Source of the DNA: Leucoraja erinacea
Lineage: Eukaryota
Length of the DNA stretch: 64,000 nucleotides
Direction of reading: 5' to 3'
Assembly (NCBI RefSeq): GCF_028641065.1
Contig: NW_026576387.1
Span: 1-64,000, forward strand
The notes beneath the pieces are model-generated. The model searched no databases. It saw nothing but the letters and a program-made list of their open reading frames with translations, and was not told the origin of the DNA. The position numbers and the translations under genes are program-made. Every line of letters begins with the position of its first letter. The stretch's first letter is position 1. Shown here piece after piece: positions 12,765 to 26,136 of this stretch.

Positions 12765-15700
12765 ACAGACAATCGACAAGAGGTGCAGGAGTTGGCCATT
12801 CGGCCCATCGAGCCAGCACCGCCATTCAATGTGATCATGGCTGATCATCCCCAATCAGTACCCCGTTCCTGCCTTCTCCCCATATCGCCTGGCTCCGTTA
12901 TATTTAAGAGCCCTATCTAGCTCTCTCTTGAAAGCATAGAAACATATAAACATAGAAATTAGGTGCAGGAGTAGGCCATTCGGCCTTTCGAGCCAGCACC
13001 GCCATTCAATGTGATCATGGCTGATCATCCCCAATCAGTACCCCGTTCCAGCCTTCTCCCCATATCGCCTGACTCCGTTATCTTTAAGAGCCCTATCTAG
13101 CTCTCTCTTGAAAGCATCCAGGGAATTGAGGCAGAGAATTCCACAGACTCACCACTCTCTGTGAGAAAAAGTGTTTTCTCGTCTCCGTTCGAAATGGCTT
13201 GCTCCTTATTCTTAATCAGTTGGGCAAGTGGGCTGAGGAGTGGTTAATGGAGTTTAATGCAGATACGTGTGAGGTGTTGGGGAGTCTAACCAGGGCATGA
13301 CTGCCGCAGTAAATGGTGCCGCTTTGGGGAGTGTGGATAGGAGAGGGATCTTGCAGTGCAGGGACACAGTTCCTTCAAAGTGGCATTACAGGTAGATAGG
13401 GCAGTCAAGGAATATTTCGGTACATTGAACGTCATCAGTCGGTGAATATAGAGTACCATATAACCATATAACCATATAACAATTACAGCACGGAAACAGG
13501 CCATCTCGACCCTTCTAGTCCGTGCCGAACACATATTCTCCCCTAGTCCCATACACCTGCGTTCAGACCATAACCCTCCATACCTTTCCCGTCCATATAA
13601 CTATCCAATTTATTTTTAAATTATAAAAACGAACCTGCCTCCACCACCTTCACTGGAAGCTCATTCCACACAGCCACCACTCTCTGAGTAAAGAAGTTCC
13701 CCCTCATGTTACCCCTAAACTTCTGTCCCTTAATTCTCAAGTCATGTCCCCTTATTTGAATCTTCCCTACTCTCAGTGGGAAAAGCTTATCCACGTCAAC
13801 TCTGTCTATCCCTCTCATCATTTTAAATACCTCTATCAAGTCCCCCCTTAACCTTCTGCGCTCCAAAGAATAAAGCCCTAACTTGTTCAACCTTTCTCTG
13901 TAACGTAGTTGCTGAAACCCAGGCAACATTCTGGTAAATCTCCTCTGTACTCTCTCTATTTTGTTGACATCCTTCCTATAATGAGGCGACCAAAATTGTA
14001 CACCATACTCCAAAATTGGCCTCACCAATGCCTTGTACAATTTTAACATTACATCCCAACTTCTATACTCAATGCTCTGATTTATAAAGGCCAGCACACC
14101 AAAAGCTTTCTTTACCACCCTATCTACATGAGATTCCACTTTCAGGGAACTGTGCACAGTTATTCCCAGATCCCTCTGTTCACCCGCATTCTTCAATTCC
14201 CTACCATTTACCATGTACGTCCTATTTTGATTTGTCCTGCCAAGATGTAGCACCTCACACTTATCAGCATTAAACTCCATCTGCCATCTTTCAGCCCACT
14301 CTTCCAACTGGCATAAATCACTCTGTAGACTTTGAAAATCTACTTCATTATCCACAACCCCACCTATCTTAGTATCATCTGCATACTTACTAATCCAATT
14401 TACCACACCATCATCCAGATCATTGATGTACATGACAAACATTTGTTGGGATGTTAGATACAAAATAGAGAGAGTACAGAGGAGATTTACTAGAATGTTG
14501 CCTGGGTTTCAGCAACTAAGTTACAGAGAAAGGTTGAAAAAGTTAGGGCTTTATTCTTTGGAGCGCAGAAGGTTAAGGGGGGACTTGATAGAGGTTTTTA
14601 AAATGATGAGAGGGATAGACAGAGTTGACGTGGAAAAGCTTTTCCCACTGAGAGTAGGGAAGATTCAAACAAGGGGACATGACTTGAGAATTAAGGGACT
14701 GAAGTTTAGGGGTAACATGAGGGGGAACTTCTTTACTCAGAGAGTGGTGGCTGTGTGGAATGAGCTTCCAGTGAAGGTGGTGGAGGCAGGTTCGTTTTTA
14801 TCATTTAAAAAATAAATTGGATAGTTATATGGACGGGAAGGGAATGGAAGGTTATGGTCTGAGCGCAGGTATATGGGACTAGGGGAGATTATGTGTTCGG
14901 TACGGACTAGAAGGGTCGAGATGGCCTGTTTCCGTGCTGTAAATTGTTATATGGTTATATGGTTATCAGTACCCCGTTCCTGCCTTCTCCCCATATCGCC
15001 TGGCTCCGTTATGTTTAAGAGCCCTATCTTGCTCTCTCTTGAAAGCATCCAGAGAATTGAGGCAGATAATTCCACAGACTCACAACTCTCTGTGAGAAAA
15101 AGTGTTTCCTCGTCTCCGTTCGAAATGGCTTACTCCTTATTCTTAACCTCGTCTCCGTTCGAAATGGCTTACTCCTTATTCTTAATCAGTTGGGCAAGTG
15201 GGCTGAGGAGTGGTTAATGGAGTTTAATGCAGATATGTGTGAGGTGTTGGGGAGTCTAACCAGGGCATGACTGTCGCAGTAAATGGTGCCGCTTTGGGGA
15301 GTGTGGATAGCAGAGGGATCTTGCAGTGTAGGGACACAGTTCCTTCAAAGTGGCATTACAGGTAGATAGGGCAGTCAAGGAATATTTCGGTACATTGAAC
15401 CTCATCAGTCATTGAATATAGAGTACATGTGTTGGGATGTTAGATTACAGCTGTACCAGGCGCTGGAGTGGCCACTAATTGAGTATTGTGGCCAGTTTAG
15501 GCCACCCTGCCACAGGAAACAAGTTATTAATCTGCAAGGAGTGTAGAGAAGATTTGTGAGGATGTTGGCAAGTATTGAGAGTCTGAGCTACAGGGAGGGA
15601 TTGGGCAGCAAGCGCAGTATTCCTTGGAGCGTGGAAAGATTTGGTGATCTTATAGTGTTTCATCAGATCCAGAGAAGAATATATAGTACAGATACACAGG

Positions 15701-17182
15701 GTATTTTGTCCAGCGTACGGTAAGCAAGAAACAGACAACATAGGTTTAAGAAGGGAGTGGTAAGAATTAACATGAATCTGAGGAGCAGTTTATTTACGCA
15801 GAGGGTGGCGGGTTTATGAAATAAGCAGTCTGTGTCGAGATGAGAAGAACTTTTTTCGAGATGAGAAGAACTTTTTTCACACAGAGAGTGGGGAATCTCT
15901 GGAACTCTCTGCCACAGAGGGTAGTTGAGGCCAGTTCATTGGCTATATTTAAGAGGGAGTTAGATGTGGCCCTTGTGGCTAAAGGGATCAGGGGCTATGG
16001 AGAGAAGGCAGGTACGGGATACTGAGTTGGATGATCAGCCATATTGAATGGCGGTGCAGGCTCGAAGGGCCGAATGGCCTACTCCTGCGCTTAATTTCTA
16101 TGTTTCTATGTTTCTATGTGTAGGTTGATGAGGCAGAAGTTATGACAATTTTTAAAGACACGTGTACAGATACATAGACAGGAAATATTTAGTGGGATGT
16201 GGGATTAAGGTACTAAACGCGGCAAGTGGTACTAGTTTAGATGGGACATCTTTGTCGGGATCTGCAAGCAGGGCCGAAGGGCCTATTACCCTGCTGTATA
16301 ACTCAATGATTCTGAAATGGGACAAACGCATGCACATATAGGTGAGGTTATCCACTTTGGTGGCAAAAACAGGAAAGTAGACTATTACCTGAATCGTGGC
16401 CGATTAGGAAAAGGGGAGATGCAACGAGACCTGGGTGTCATGGTACACCAGTCATTGAAAGTAGGCATGCAGGTGCAGCAGGCAGTGAAGAAAGCGAACG
16501 GTATGTTAGCATTCATAGCAAAAGGATTTGAGTATAGGAGCAGGGAGGTTCTACTGCAGTTGTACAGGGTCTTGGTGAGACCACACCAGGAGTATTGCGT
16601 ACAGTTTTGATCTCCTAATCTGAGGAAGGACATTCTTGCCATAGAGGGAATACAAAGAAGGTTCACCAGACTGATTCCTGGCATGGCCGTGCTGTAATTG
16701 TTATATGGTTATATGGCAAGGACTTTCATATGAAGAAAGACTGGATAGATTCGGCTTGTACTCGCTAGAATTTAGAAGATTGTGGGGGGATCTTATAGAA
16801 ACGTACAACATTTTAAAGGGGTTGGACAGGCTAGATGGAGGAAGATTGTTCCCGATGTTGGGGAAGTCCAGGACAAGGGGTCACAGGCACAAGGATAAAG
16901 GGGGAAATCTTTTAGGACTGAGATGAGAAAAACATTTTTTACACAGAGTGTGGTGAATCTCTGGAATACTCTGCCACAGAATGTAGTTGAGGCCACAGTT
17001 CATTGGCTATATTTAAGAGGGAGTTACTTGTTGGCCTTGTGGCTAAAGGGATCAGGGGGTATGGAGAGAAGGCAGGAGTGGGATACTGAGTTGGATGATC
17101 AGCCATGATCATATTGAATGGCGGTGCAGGCTCGAAGGGCCGAATGGCCTCTACTCCTGCACCTATTTCTATGTTTCTATGT
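12765..17182. mobile_element. Nested CR1 cluster: C(-) 12765-13215, B(-) 13457-14440, B(+) 14461-14965, old CR1 to about 15830, A(+) 15838-16119 and 16340-17182
   Basis: RT ORFs 13621-14463 (YADDTK), 14423-14815 and 16317-16610. Confidence 0.88.
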
Positions 17183-17586
17183 TTATATTCTTGGCTAGCT
17201 TACCTCATCTTTTCTCCCCGTATTGCCTTATTAGTTATCTTCTGTTGCTCTTTAAACATGCCACAATCCTCAGAGTGATAGACAGATGGGGGAAAGGGGG
17301 ATGGGAGAAGGTTAAGCAGAGACATACCGAGACATACGCAGAAAGGCAGAGAACGAGAGAGGAAGAGCAACAAGATAGAGTGGGGGGGGGGGGGTAGAGA
17401 GAGATACAGAGATGCAGTCTATTTATTTTGACTCATGTTGTTTGAGAAATCCTGCAATTTACTATGGAAGAAATGCAAGCATAACGCTCGGTATATACCA
17501 AGATATCTATTATCAAAAAGCCTGTCAAACGTGTTTGGGCCGCGACGCATTAGATATAAATGTTGACTTTCGTAGGCAGTGTGTAA

Positions 17587-17812
17587 TGCCCCTGTCCCAC
17601 TTAGGAAACCTGAACGGAAACCTCTGGAGATTTTGCGCCCCACTCAAGGTTTCCGTGCCGTTCCCGGAGGTTGCAGGTGGTCGCCGGAGGTTGCAGGTAG
17701 TGGAGGCAGGTAGGGAGACTGACAAAAACCTCCGGGAACCGCACGGAAACCTTGGGCGGGGCGCAAAGTCTCCAGAGGTTTCCCTTCAGGCCTCCTAAGT
17801 GTGACAGGGGCG
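17587..17812. mobile_element. Harbinger/PIF-like MITE
   Basis: Long TIRs TGCCCCTGTCCCACTTAGG... / ...CCTAAGTGTGACAGGGGCG with TAA on both flanks. Confidence 0.75.
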
Positions 17813-18094
17813 TAAGGCGCCACGCTATTGGAGACAGCTCCAGCCGTTCTCATTCTGCATCAGAATGTTTGGATTAAGGAAATATTTGCAATAGCTCCTG
17901 AACCGTTGACTAGACACCGGCCACCGAGACAGGTACATTGACGGTGGAGTATAATAGTAATAGGTTGGACAAACAAGGGAAGGAGAGGTCAGATGGGATA
18001 AAATGATGCTATATCGCCAAGTCATCTGTTCGCCCAGAATCAAATATATCAAATCAGAGTACAATTTAAGGTGAGATTTTGAAATGTGTTGGTG

Positions 18095-21000
18095 AAACAT
18101 AGAAACATAGAAACATAGAAATTAGGTGCAGGAGTAGGCCATTCGGCCCTTCGAGCCTGCACCGCCATTCAATATGATCATGGCTGATCATCCAACTCAG
18201 TATCTCGCACCTGCCTTCTCTCCATACCCCCTGATCCCCTTAGCCACAAGGGCCACATCTAACTCCGTCTTAAATATAGCCAATGAACTAGCCTCAACTA
18301 CCCTCTGTGGCAGAGAGTTCCAGAGATTCACCACTCTCTGTGTGAAAAAAGTTCTCCTCATCTCGGTTTTAAAGGATTTCCTCTTTATCCTTAAGCTGTG
18401 ACCCCTTGTCCTGGACTTCCCCAACATCGGGAACAATCTTCCTGTATCTAGCCTGTCCAACCCCTTAAGAATTTTGTAAGTTTCTATAAGATCCCCTCTC
18501 AATCTTCTAAATTCTAGAGAGTATAAACCAAGTCTATCCAGTCTTTCTTCATAAGACAGTCCTGACATCCCAGGAATCAGTCTGGTGAACAGTCTCTGCA
18601 CTCCCTCTATGTCCTTCCTCAGATTTGGTTAACCAGTTTCAACAACAAGGCCATTCGAGCAACAAATACACATGGTTTGCTGCATTTATACAGGAGACTG
18701 GTGGGAACGCAATTGGAATATCGTGCATTGCTCCTGTCCTGACCTATCTTTCTCTGGAAGGAGATGGAGGGAATGCGAACGCGGCTAATATCCTTAATTC
18801 GCGGGCACGGCTGTGTAACATGGGGATATCAAGCAATCTGGACCGATAGTCTCCAGTGAATGAGAGGTAAACTCATGGAAGCAAGAGCCTGGAAGCAAGA
18901 CTCTCTGGAGTTTAGAAGGATGAGAGGGTATCTCATTGAAACATATAAGATTGTTCAGGGCTTGGACATAAGGGGGGCAGGAAACATGTTCCCAATGTGA
19001 TCATGGCTGATCATCCCCCAATCAGTACCCCGTTCCTGCCTTCTCCCCATATCCCCTGACCACGCTATTTTTAAGAGCCCTATCTAGCTCTCTCTTGAAA
19101 GCATCCAGAGAACCAGCCGCCACCGCCCTCTGAGGCAGAGAATTCCACAGACTCACAACTCTCTCTGAGAAAAAGTGTTTCCTCGTCTCCGTTCTAAATG
19201 GCCGACCCCTTATTCTTAAACTGTGGCCCCTGGTTCTGGACTCCCCCAACATCGGGAACATGTTTCCTGCCTCTAGTGTGTCCAAGCCCTTAACAATCTT
19301 ATATGTTTCAATGAGATCCCCTCTCATCCTTCTAACACATGAACTGCGAACGTTATTTGCTTCCGACCAGTTTGGCCTGGGTGTTCACAGATCCTGCTCC
19401 ACACTCCATTTTCATGCAAGAAACAGATGCACTTATTACTTTCAAGATATGTTTGAACAACTATGTGAAGATGGACGTCAAAAGCTGGAGTAACTCATCG
19501 GGTAAGACATCAGCTCAGGCGAAAAGGAATACATAGAAACATAGATAGAAGCATAGAAAATAGGTGCAGGAGGAGGTCATTCGGCCCTTCGAGCCAGCAC
19601 CGCCATTCATGGCTGACCGTCCCCTATCAATAACCCGTGCCTGCCTTCTTCCCATATCCCTTGACTCCACTAGCCCCTAAAGCTCTATCTAAATCTCTCT
19701 TAAATCCATCCAGTGACTTGGCCCACTGCCCTCTGAGGCAGGGAATTTCATAAATTCACAACTCTCTGGGTGGAAAAGTGTTTATCACCTCAGTCTTAAC
19801 ATAGGAACATAGAAAATAGGTGCAGGAGTAGGCCGTTCGGCCCTTCGAGCCTGCACCGCCATTCAATATGACCATGACTGATCATCCAACTCAATATACT
19901 GTGCCTGCCTTCTCTCCTTACCCCCTGATCACTTTAGCCACAAGGGCCACATTTAACTCCCTCTTAAATATAGCCAATGAACTGATCTCAACTACCTGCT
20001 GTGGCAGAGAGTTCCAGAAACGCACCACTCTCTGTGTGAACAATGACCTCCCCTTTATTCTAAGACCCTGGTTCTGGACTCGCCCAACATTGGGAACATT
20101 TTTCCTGCTTCTAGCTTGTCCAGTCCTTTTATAATTTTATATGTTTCTATAAGATGCCCCCCTCATCCTTCTAAACTCCAGTCAATACAAGCCTAGTCTT
20201 TTCAATCTTTCCTCATATGACAGTCCCGCCATCCCAGGGTTCAATCTCGTGCACCTACGCTGCACTGCCTCAATCACAAGGATGTCCTTCCTCAAATTAG
20301 GAGACCAAAACTGTACACAATACTCCAGATATGCTCTCACCAGAGCCCTATACAATCAGTGATATCTCGGGTCGAGACCCTTCTTCAGACAAATCGTTTT
20401 TGACAAAACAGTCAGAACCTTCATGCCAATTCGGAAAATCAAATACCAGAGGGCATAGTTTTTAAGGTGAGGGGAAAGTTTCAATCAAGTGCTTGGGGCA
20501 CGGCTTTTTACATAGAGGTTGGCGGGTGCCTGGAACACGCTGCCGGGGGCGGTGGAGTTTAAAAGAATTTTGCGTTGACACATAGACATCTGAGGAAAAG
20601 AGGGATATGGATTATGTGCATGCAGAGGAGATATTGACTTAGCAACATGTTGGGCACCGGCATTGCTGGCCGAAAGGCCTGTTCGTGTACCGTACAGTTG
20701 TATGTTCCATTTTCTATCAATCCTAATTAATGCACAGCTTGTTTGAGGCGAATTCGAGGGTAGATAAAAGTGCCGGAGAAACTCAGCGGGTGCAGCAGTA
20801 TCTATGGAGCGAAGGAAATAGGCAACGTTTCGGGCCGAAACCCTTCTTCATAGAAACATAGAAACATAAAAAACAGGTGCAGGAGTAGGCCATTCGGCCC
20901 TTCCAGCCTGCACCGCCATTCAATATGATCATGGCTGATCACCCAACTCAGTATCCTGTACCTGCCTTCTCTCCATACCCCCTGATTCCTTTAGCCACAA

Positions 21001-23225
21001 GGGCCACATCTAACTCCCTCTTAAATATAGCCAATGAACTGTGTGGCCTCAACTACCTTCTGTGGCAGAGAATTCCACAGATTCACCACTCTCTGTGTAA
21101 ATATTTTTTCTCATCTCAGTCCTAAAAGATTTCCCCTTTATCCTTAAACTGTCGCCCCTTGTTCTGGACTTCCAGAGAATTCCAGAGGTTCACCACTCTT
21201 CAGTCTGAACATTGCCTATTTCCTTCGCTCCATAGATGCTGCTGCACCCGCTGAGTTTCTCCAGCACTTTTATTTTCCGCCATTTGCAGTTCCTTCTTAA
21301 ACAGTGAGGCGAATCGAGATTCTCCAGGCTCCAGTTCTGGCTGCTCTGGGGAAAAACGATCATCAGTCAATTGGATGTTAGATGTTTTAGGGATCAGCTT
21401 CATGTTAAACTTTGAATAGGCAAAGCGCAGACGCGGCATGTTCACCGCAGGCTTTTCCCCATCTTGAGTCTGAACCGCTGAGGCAGTTCCGGGGAGATCA
21501 AATAGAGTTTGTGCGGGGCAGCTCAACACGACGTGGAACAGCTTTGATCTCGTTGACCGGTGGGGCAGAAGCGACGATCTCCTGCTGCCGCTGAACACAG
21601 CAGCCGCTCCGAATGTCTGAAATCAGTTCGCCCGGATATTGATCGCATATTCACAAGCCTGAATCTGTGACATAACCAAGATGAAACATTATAAATTCAG
21701 AGATGAAGAATGTTAACGATTAATCCAGAATTAATTCAGGGACGCAATTTGGTGGAATTTTTGGTTACGGACATAGAAACATAGAAACATTGAATATAGG
21801 TGCAGGGGTAGAGGCCATTCGGCCCTTCGAGCCTGCACTGCCATCATGGCCGATCATCCAACTCAGTATCCCATACCTGCCTTCTCTCCATACCCCCTGA
21901 TCCCTTTAGCCACAAGGGCCACATCTAACTCCCTCTTGAATATAGCCAATGACCTGTGGCCTCAACTACCTTCTGTGGGAGAGAATTCCACAGATTCACC
22001 ACTCTCTGTGTGAAAAATGTTTTCCTCATCTCGGTCCTAAAAGACTTCCCCCTTACCCTTAAACTGTGTGACCCCTTGTCCTGGACTTCCCCAACATCGG
22101 GAATAGTCTTCCTGCATCTAGCCTGTCCAACCCCTTGAGAATTTTGTTCAAGAAGGAACTACAGATGCTGGAAAATCGAAGGTACACAAAAATGCTGGAG
22201 AAACTCAGCGGGTGCAGCAGCATCTATGGAGCGAAGGAAATAGGTAACGTTTCGGGCCGAAACCCATATAACCATATAACCATATAACAATTACAACACG
22301 GAAACAGGCCATCTCGACCCTTATAGTCCGTGCCGAACACGCATTCTCCCCTAGTCCCATACACATGCGTTCAGACCATAACCCTCCATACCTTTCCCGT
22401 CCATATAACCATCCAATTATTTTTTTAATTATAAAAACGAACCTCCCTCCACCACCTTCACTGGAAGCTCATTCCACACAGCCACCACTCTCTGAGTAAA
22501 GAAACATAGAAACATAGAAACATAGAAATTAGGTGCAGGAGTAGGCCATTCGGCCCTTCGAGCCTGCACCGCCATTCAATATGATGATGGCTGATCATCC
22601 AACTCAGTATCCCGTACCTGCCTTCTCTCCGTACCCCCTGATCCCCTTAGCTACAAGGGCCACATCTAACTCCCTCTTAAATATTGCCAATGAACTGGCC
22701 TCAACTACCCTCTGTGGCAGAGAGTTCCAAAGATTCACCACTCTCTGTGTGAAAAATGTTCTTCTCATCTCGGTTTTAAAGGATTTCCCCCTTATCCTTA
22801 AGCTGTGACCCCTTGTCCTGGACTTTCCTAACATCGGGAACAATCTTCCTGCATCTAGCCTGTCCAACCCCTTAAGAAATTTGTAAGTTTCTATAAGATC
22901 CCCTCTCAATCTCCTAAATTCTAGAGAGTATAACCAAGTCTATCCAGTCTTCATAAGACAGTCCTGACACCCCAGGAATCAGTTCCCCCTCATGTTACCC
23001 ATAAACGTCTGTCCCTTAATTCTCAAGTCATGTCCCCTTAAGAATGTTGTCAGTTTCTATAAGATCCTCCCCCTCAATCTTCTAAATTCTAGCGAGTACA
23101 AGCCTAGTCTATCCAGTCTTTCTTCATATGAAAGTCCTGACATCCCAGTAATCAGTCTGGTGAACCTTCTCTGTTCTCCCTCTATGGCAAGAATGTCTTT
23201 CCTCGGATTTGGAGACCAAAACTGT
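18095..23225 (-). mobile_element. Multiple CR1 3' fragments upstream of the IgL gene (18095-18625, 18900-19335, 19535-20355, 20850-21199, 21771-23225), with unique sequence between them
   Basis: Repeated RT C-terminal ORFs and tails, mostly on the minus strand. Confidence 0.85.
20760..20850 (-). mobile_element. Penelope 3' UTR fragment with hammerhead-like core
   Basis: Matches the UTR next to the GIY-YIG fragment. Further copies at about 4513(+), 20361(-), 21220(+), 22148-22266(-), 28490(+), 47535(+) and 62030-62095(-). Confidence 0.7.
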
Positions 23226-23391
23226 TTGTGCAGGGAATTCAGGGGTATGCAGGGAATTGAAGGGTATGCAGGGAATTGAAGGCTATGACTTATATGCGGG
23301 CATATAAGAGTTGGTCTTGGCATCATCTTCAGCATACTATCCTATTTGCTATGTTCTCTGTTCAACCAAAGATGAAACATTTTGAAGTCAG

Positions 23392-23561
23392 CAGGTGAAG
23401 AATGTAACGACATCTAGTTTGCCGCCAGCAGATTGCGGGATGTCATTCTCCGCCCACATCGTTTTCCTGACCCCTCCTACTCATGAAATCCCGGTTAAAA
23501 AAGCCACCCGGAGGCCCCTGTTTGCACACACTTCAACCGGTGTGGGTCTCGGAGTTTGCAC
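23392..23561 (+). promoter_or_regulatory. Putative IgL promoter: E-box CAGGTG (23392-23397) and two GTTTGCAC octamer-like motifs (23520-23527, 23554-23561)
   Basis: Motifs lie 57-220 bp upstream of the leader ATG. GTTTGCAC differs from the canonical ATTTGCAT at 2 positions. Confidence 0.35.
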
Positions 23562-23610
23562 AACAGCGTTTGGTTGCGTTAGAAGTTTGGGCGCTCGCTG
23601 ATCCGGAGAA

Positions 23611-23659
23611 ATGTCCCAAGCGCTGCACCTCCTTTTGTCCCTGCTTCTGCTGCCACCAG
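23611..23659 (+). CDS. Ig light chain leader exon (exon 1), MSQALHLLLSLLLLPP-G, phase-1 donor
   Basis: ATG at 23611, 16 hydrophobic codons plus G, then GTGAGG donor. Splices in frame to 24342 to give the signal peptide MSQALHLLLSLLLLPPGILA. Confidence 0.9.
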
Positions 23660-23787
23660 GTGAGGCTCCGGTTGGTTTTCACGGACTGATTGGCCGCAGC
23701 GCCGTTTGTTTAACATCTCCAGTGTCTTGCGCGTATTGTTGAGCCTCCCGTTGGCTCCAAGTTGAGCCTCCCGTTGGCTCCATGTCC

Positions 23788-24306
23788 AAGGGGACACGAC
23801 TTGAGAATTAAGGGACTGAAGTTTAGGGGTAACATGAGGGGGAACTTCTCTACTCAGAGAGTGGTGGCTGTGTGGAATGAGTGAAGGTGGTGGAGGCGGG
23901 TTCGTTTTTATCATTTAAAAATAAATTGGATAGTTATATGGACGGGAAGGGAATGGAGGGTTATGGTCTGAGCGCAGGTATATGGGACTAGGGGGGAATA
24001 TGTGTTCGACACGGACTAGAAGGGTCGAGATGGCTTGTTTCCGTGCTGTAATTGTTATATGGTTATATATTAATAACAGGTATAACCTAATATGAGACCA
24101 GTGTCAAAATACACAATGAATATAGACCTCCCGGTCTCTGTGTACATATAGTTAAATCTTTAAAAGGAAACTTATAAACTCTCTGTTGAGATGAATTCTG
24201 ATTTGCTTGCGGTGCATGGCAACAACATCCTGCTGCTGCCGATTGGCTAGACAATACATAGGGTCGAGATGGCCTGTTTCCATGCTGTAAATTGTTATAT
24301 GGTTAT
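23788..24306 (+). mobile_element. CR1-B 3' fragments in the IgL leader intron (23788-24068 and 24260-24306)
   Basis: B-type UTR GGGTCGAGATGGC.TGTTTCC.TGCTGTAA and an ATATGGTT tail. Confidence 0.85.
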
Positions 24307-24341
24307 AAGTTACCATCTTGTCCCATTGTGTTTTGTTGAAG

Positions 24342-24701
24342 GTATCTTGGCGGTTCCAACTCTGCTCCAGAGTCCAACGTCCAGCCCTGTCTCCGCGGGG
24401 CAGACCGCCCGCTTAGAGTGTGGGGTTCAGAACTTAAACGTTGCAAGTTACGGCGGGATGTGGTACCGACAGCGTCACGCGGGCAGACCGGAGTTTGTGC
24501 TAGTACATTGGGCTAGTGGTAGCATTGAGAGAGGGGCCGGTGTCACTGACCGATTCGTACCGTCGAGAGACACCTCCACCAACAGTTATATCCTGACCAT
24601 CGACAGGCTGGAGCCCAGAGACGCCGCCGTCTATTACTGTGCCGTGAGGGAAACAAATACGGCTTATCACTTCGGCGGGGGGACCATCATGGATATAACT
24701 A
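24342..24701 (+). CDS. Ig light chain V-J exon, germline-joined (type I / sigma-cart-like)
   Basis: Acceptor ttttgttgaag ends at 24341. Encodes (G)ILA-VPTLLQSP...ARLEC...WYRQ...long CDR2...DRF...DAAVYYCAVRETNTAYHFGGGTIMDIT, with conserved Cys/Trp/Cys and the J motif FGxG in one ORF. Phase-1 donor A|GTAAGT at 24701/24702. Confidence 0.95.
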
Positions 24702-24934
24702 GTAAGTGTCCCTCTTTCAGTTTCTATCAATTTCAATAGGGAGGTTTCACCACCCATGACCCGTACTATTGCCACGCTACGCCAACTAGAGTACACGCGA
24801 TGAACTGCAGGTACGCACTCACCAACGGGCCCGCTAAAGCCCGCCGAAATTGTCAATTTCTGCGCTGTAAATAATCACGGAAATCGGGATAAGCGTGTGA
24901 GACATTTAGCCTACTTCAGAATTTCAAAAGCGAG

Positions 24935-25298
24935 GTAGATAGATATAGATATGCCATTAATTGTCACTATACATGTACAGTGAAACTGAAAGCTGCTCGT
25001 ACTCAGTGCATACATACAATTTAGCACAAAAAACAAGAAACAGAAAAAAAAAAAAAAAGAAGGGAGAAGGGGGGGGGGAATAGGTGAACAATTCTGCGGC
25101 GTTATATACATATATACAGATGGAAGTCCGTGTTGGGCGGTGTAGTCAGTGCATGTGTGAATTTGAATTTGTAGTAGATATAATTCTCGGAAAGCAACTA
25201 TTCCTGAGTCTGTTTGTCCTGGATTTGATGCACCTATAGCGCCTTCCAGAGGGCAGCAGGTCGAACAGTCCAAACGCAGGATGGGAGCTGTCTTTGAT
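24935..25298 (-). mobile_element. Rex1/Babar-like LINE 3' end nested in THAP element copy 1
   Basis: Encodes TIKDSSHPAFGLFDLLPSGRRYR...RLRNS. Absent from THAP element copy 2. Confidence 0.65.
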
Positions 25299-25571
25299 GG
25301 TGAAATGGCGGTAGATAGAAGCGAGAGCTGAAGGGACAACAACAGCCAAAGTGCTTGGCGAACATTGGCCGTTTGCTCACTGCATTTCATCAACAGTAAG
25401 GCATTATTTGTGTTTTTTCTTGATTCCTTTGCTATCTAAAAAGTCTCAGAAGTGATAAATCTGTCTGTAAAATTTGCTTCAGATGAGTTTTTTTTTTGTA
25501 TGTAAAAACCCACTTGAGAACCATGGGCGATTTAAAATTTTTACAGGCAGATTTATCACTTCTGCAACTTT

Positions 25572-25835
25572 TTAGATACCAAAGAAATCAAGAAAAAACA
25601 CAAATAATGCCTCACTGTTGATGAAATGCAGTGAGCAAACGCGATAATTCCCAATATTTTCAATTCCGATATCTGCACGGCCAATGTTTACCAAGCACTT
25701 TAGCTGTTGTTGTCCCTTCAGTTCTCGCTTCTCTTTACCTTCATTTCGCTTCACGTTTGGAATTCTGAAGTTGGGTACATGTCTCTCACACTTACCCCGA
25801 CTCCCACAATTTTTTACAGCGCAAAAATTCACCAT
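25572..25835 (-). pseudogene. THAP zinc-finger exon remnant of a transposon protein
   Basis: C-x4-C near the N-terminus, FRIP and RVCSLHF motifs, and a GT donor-like site right after HFIN. The usual central THAP Trp is not present. Confidence 0.7.
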
Positions 25836-26136
25836 TTTGGCGGTTTTTAACAGGTAGGAAAGTACGCGTTTCTCGCATTAATAACATATACCGGAAGTGA
25901 CGGATGTCCTCCAGATGGATTGAGCGGCTCCGTGCGTCAAGCCCTATGACCCAGTGACCTTACGTGCAACCCCCCTATTACGGACAGGCTGCACCGGATA
26001 CATCCCTAGTCCGGGAACGCCGGAGAGATGGTTCTGTCTCAGCTCGGCGCGGAGGCCATTCTGCCCATAGCGTCGATTCCATCCATCAGCTTCAAGCACC
26101 TTTTGTGCGCGGTGCACTCCAGGACGTGCAGTTATT

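Larger units (their letters stand above)
24738..25976. mobile_element. Non-autonomous THAP-bearing fold-back DNA transposon (ISL2EU/PHIS-like), copy 1, in the IgL J-C intron
   Basis: Imperfect TIRs AGGGAGGTTTCAC / GTGCAACCCCCCT flanked by AT on both sides. Long internal inverted arms. THAP C2CH ORF at 25572-25835(-). Interrupted by a LINE 3' end at about 24935-25298. Confidence 0.75.

Noticed and set aside
21200-21598. 132-aa minus-strand ORF upstream of IgL
   Set aside because: No recognisable motif, no ATG start, and it ends in Penelope UTR sequence.
24269-24341. ORF-track N-terminus (MACFHAVNCY...) of the V ORF
   Set aside because: It is CR1 3' UTR and intron sequence. The real leader is the spliced exon at 23611-23659.
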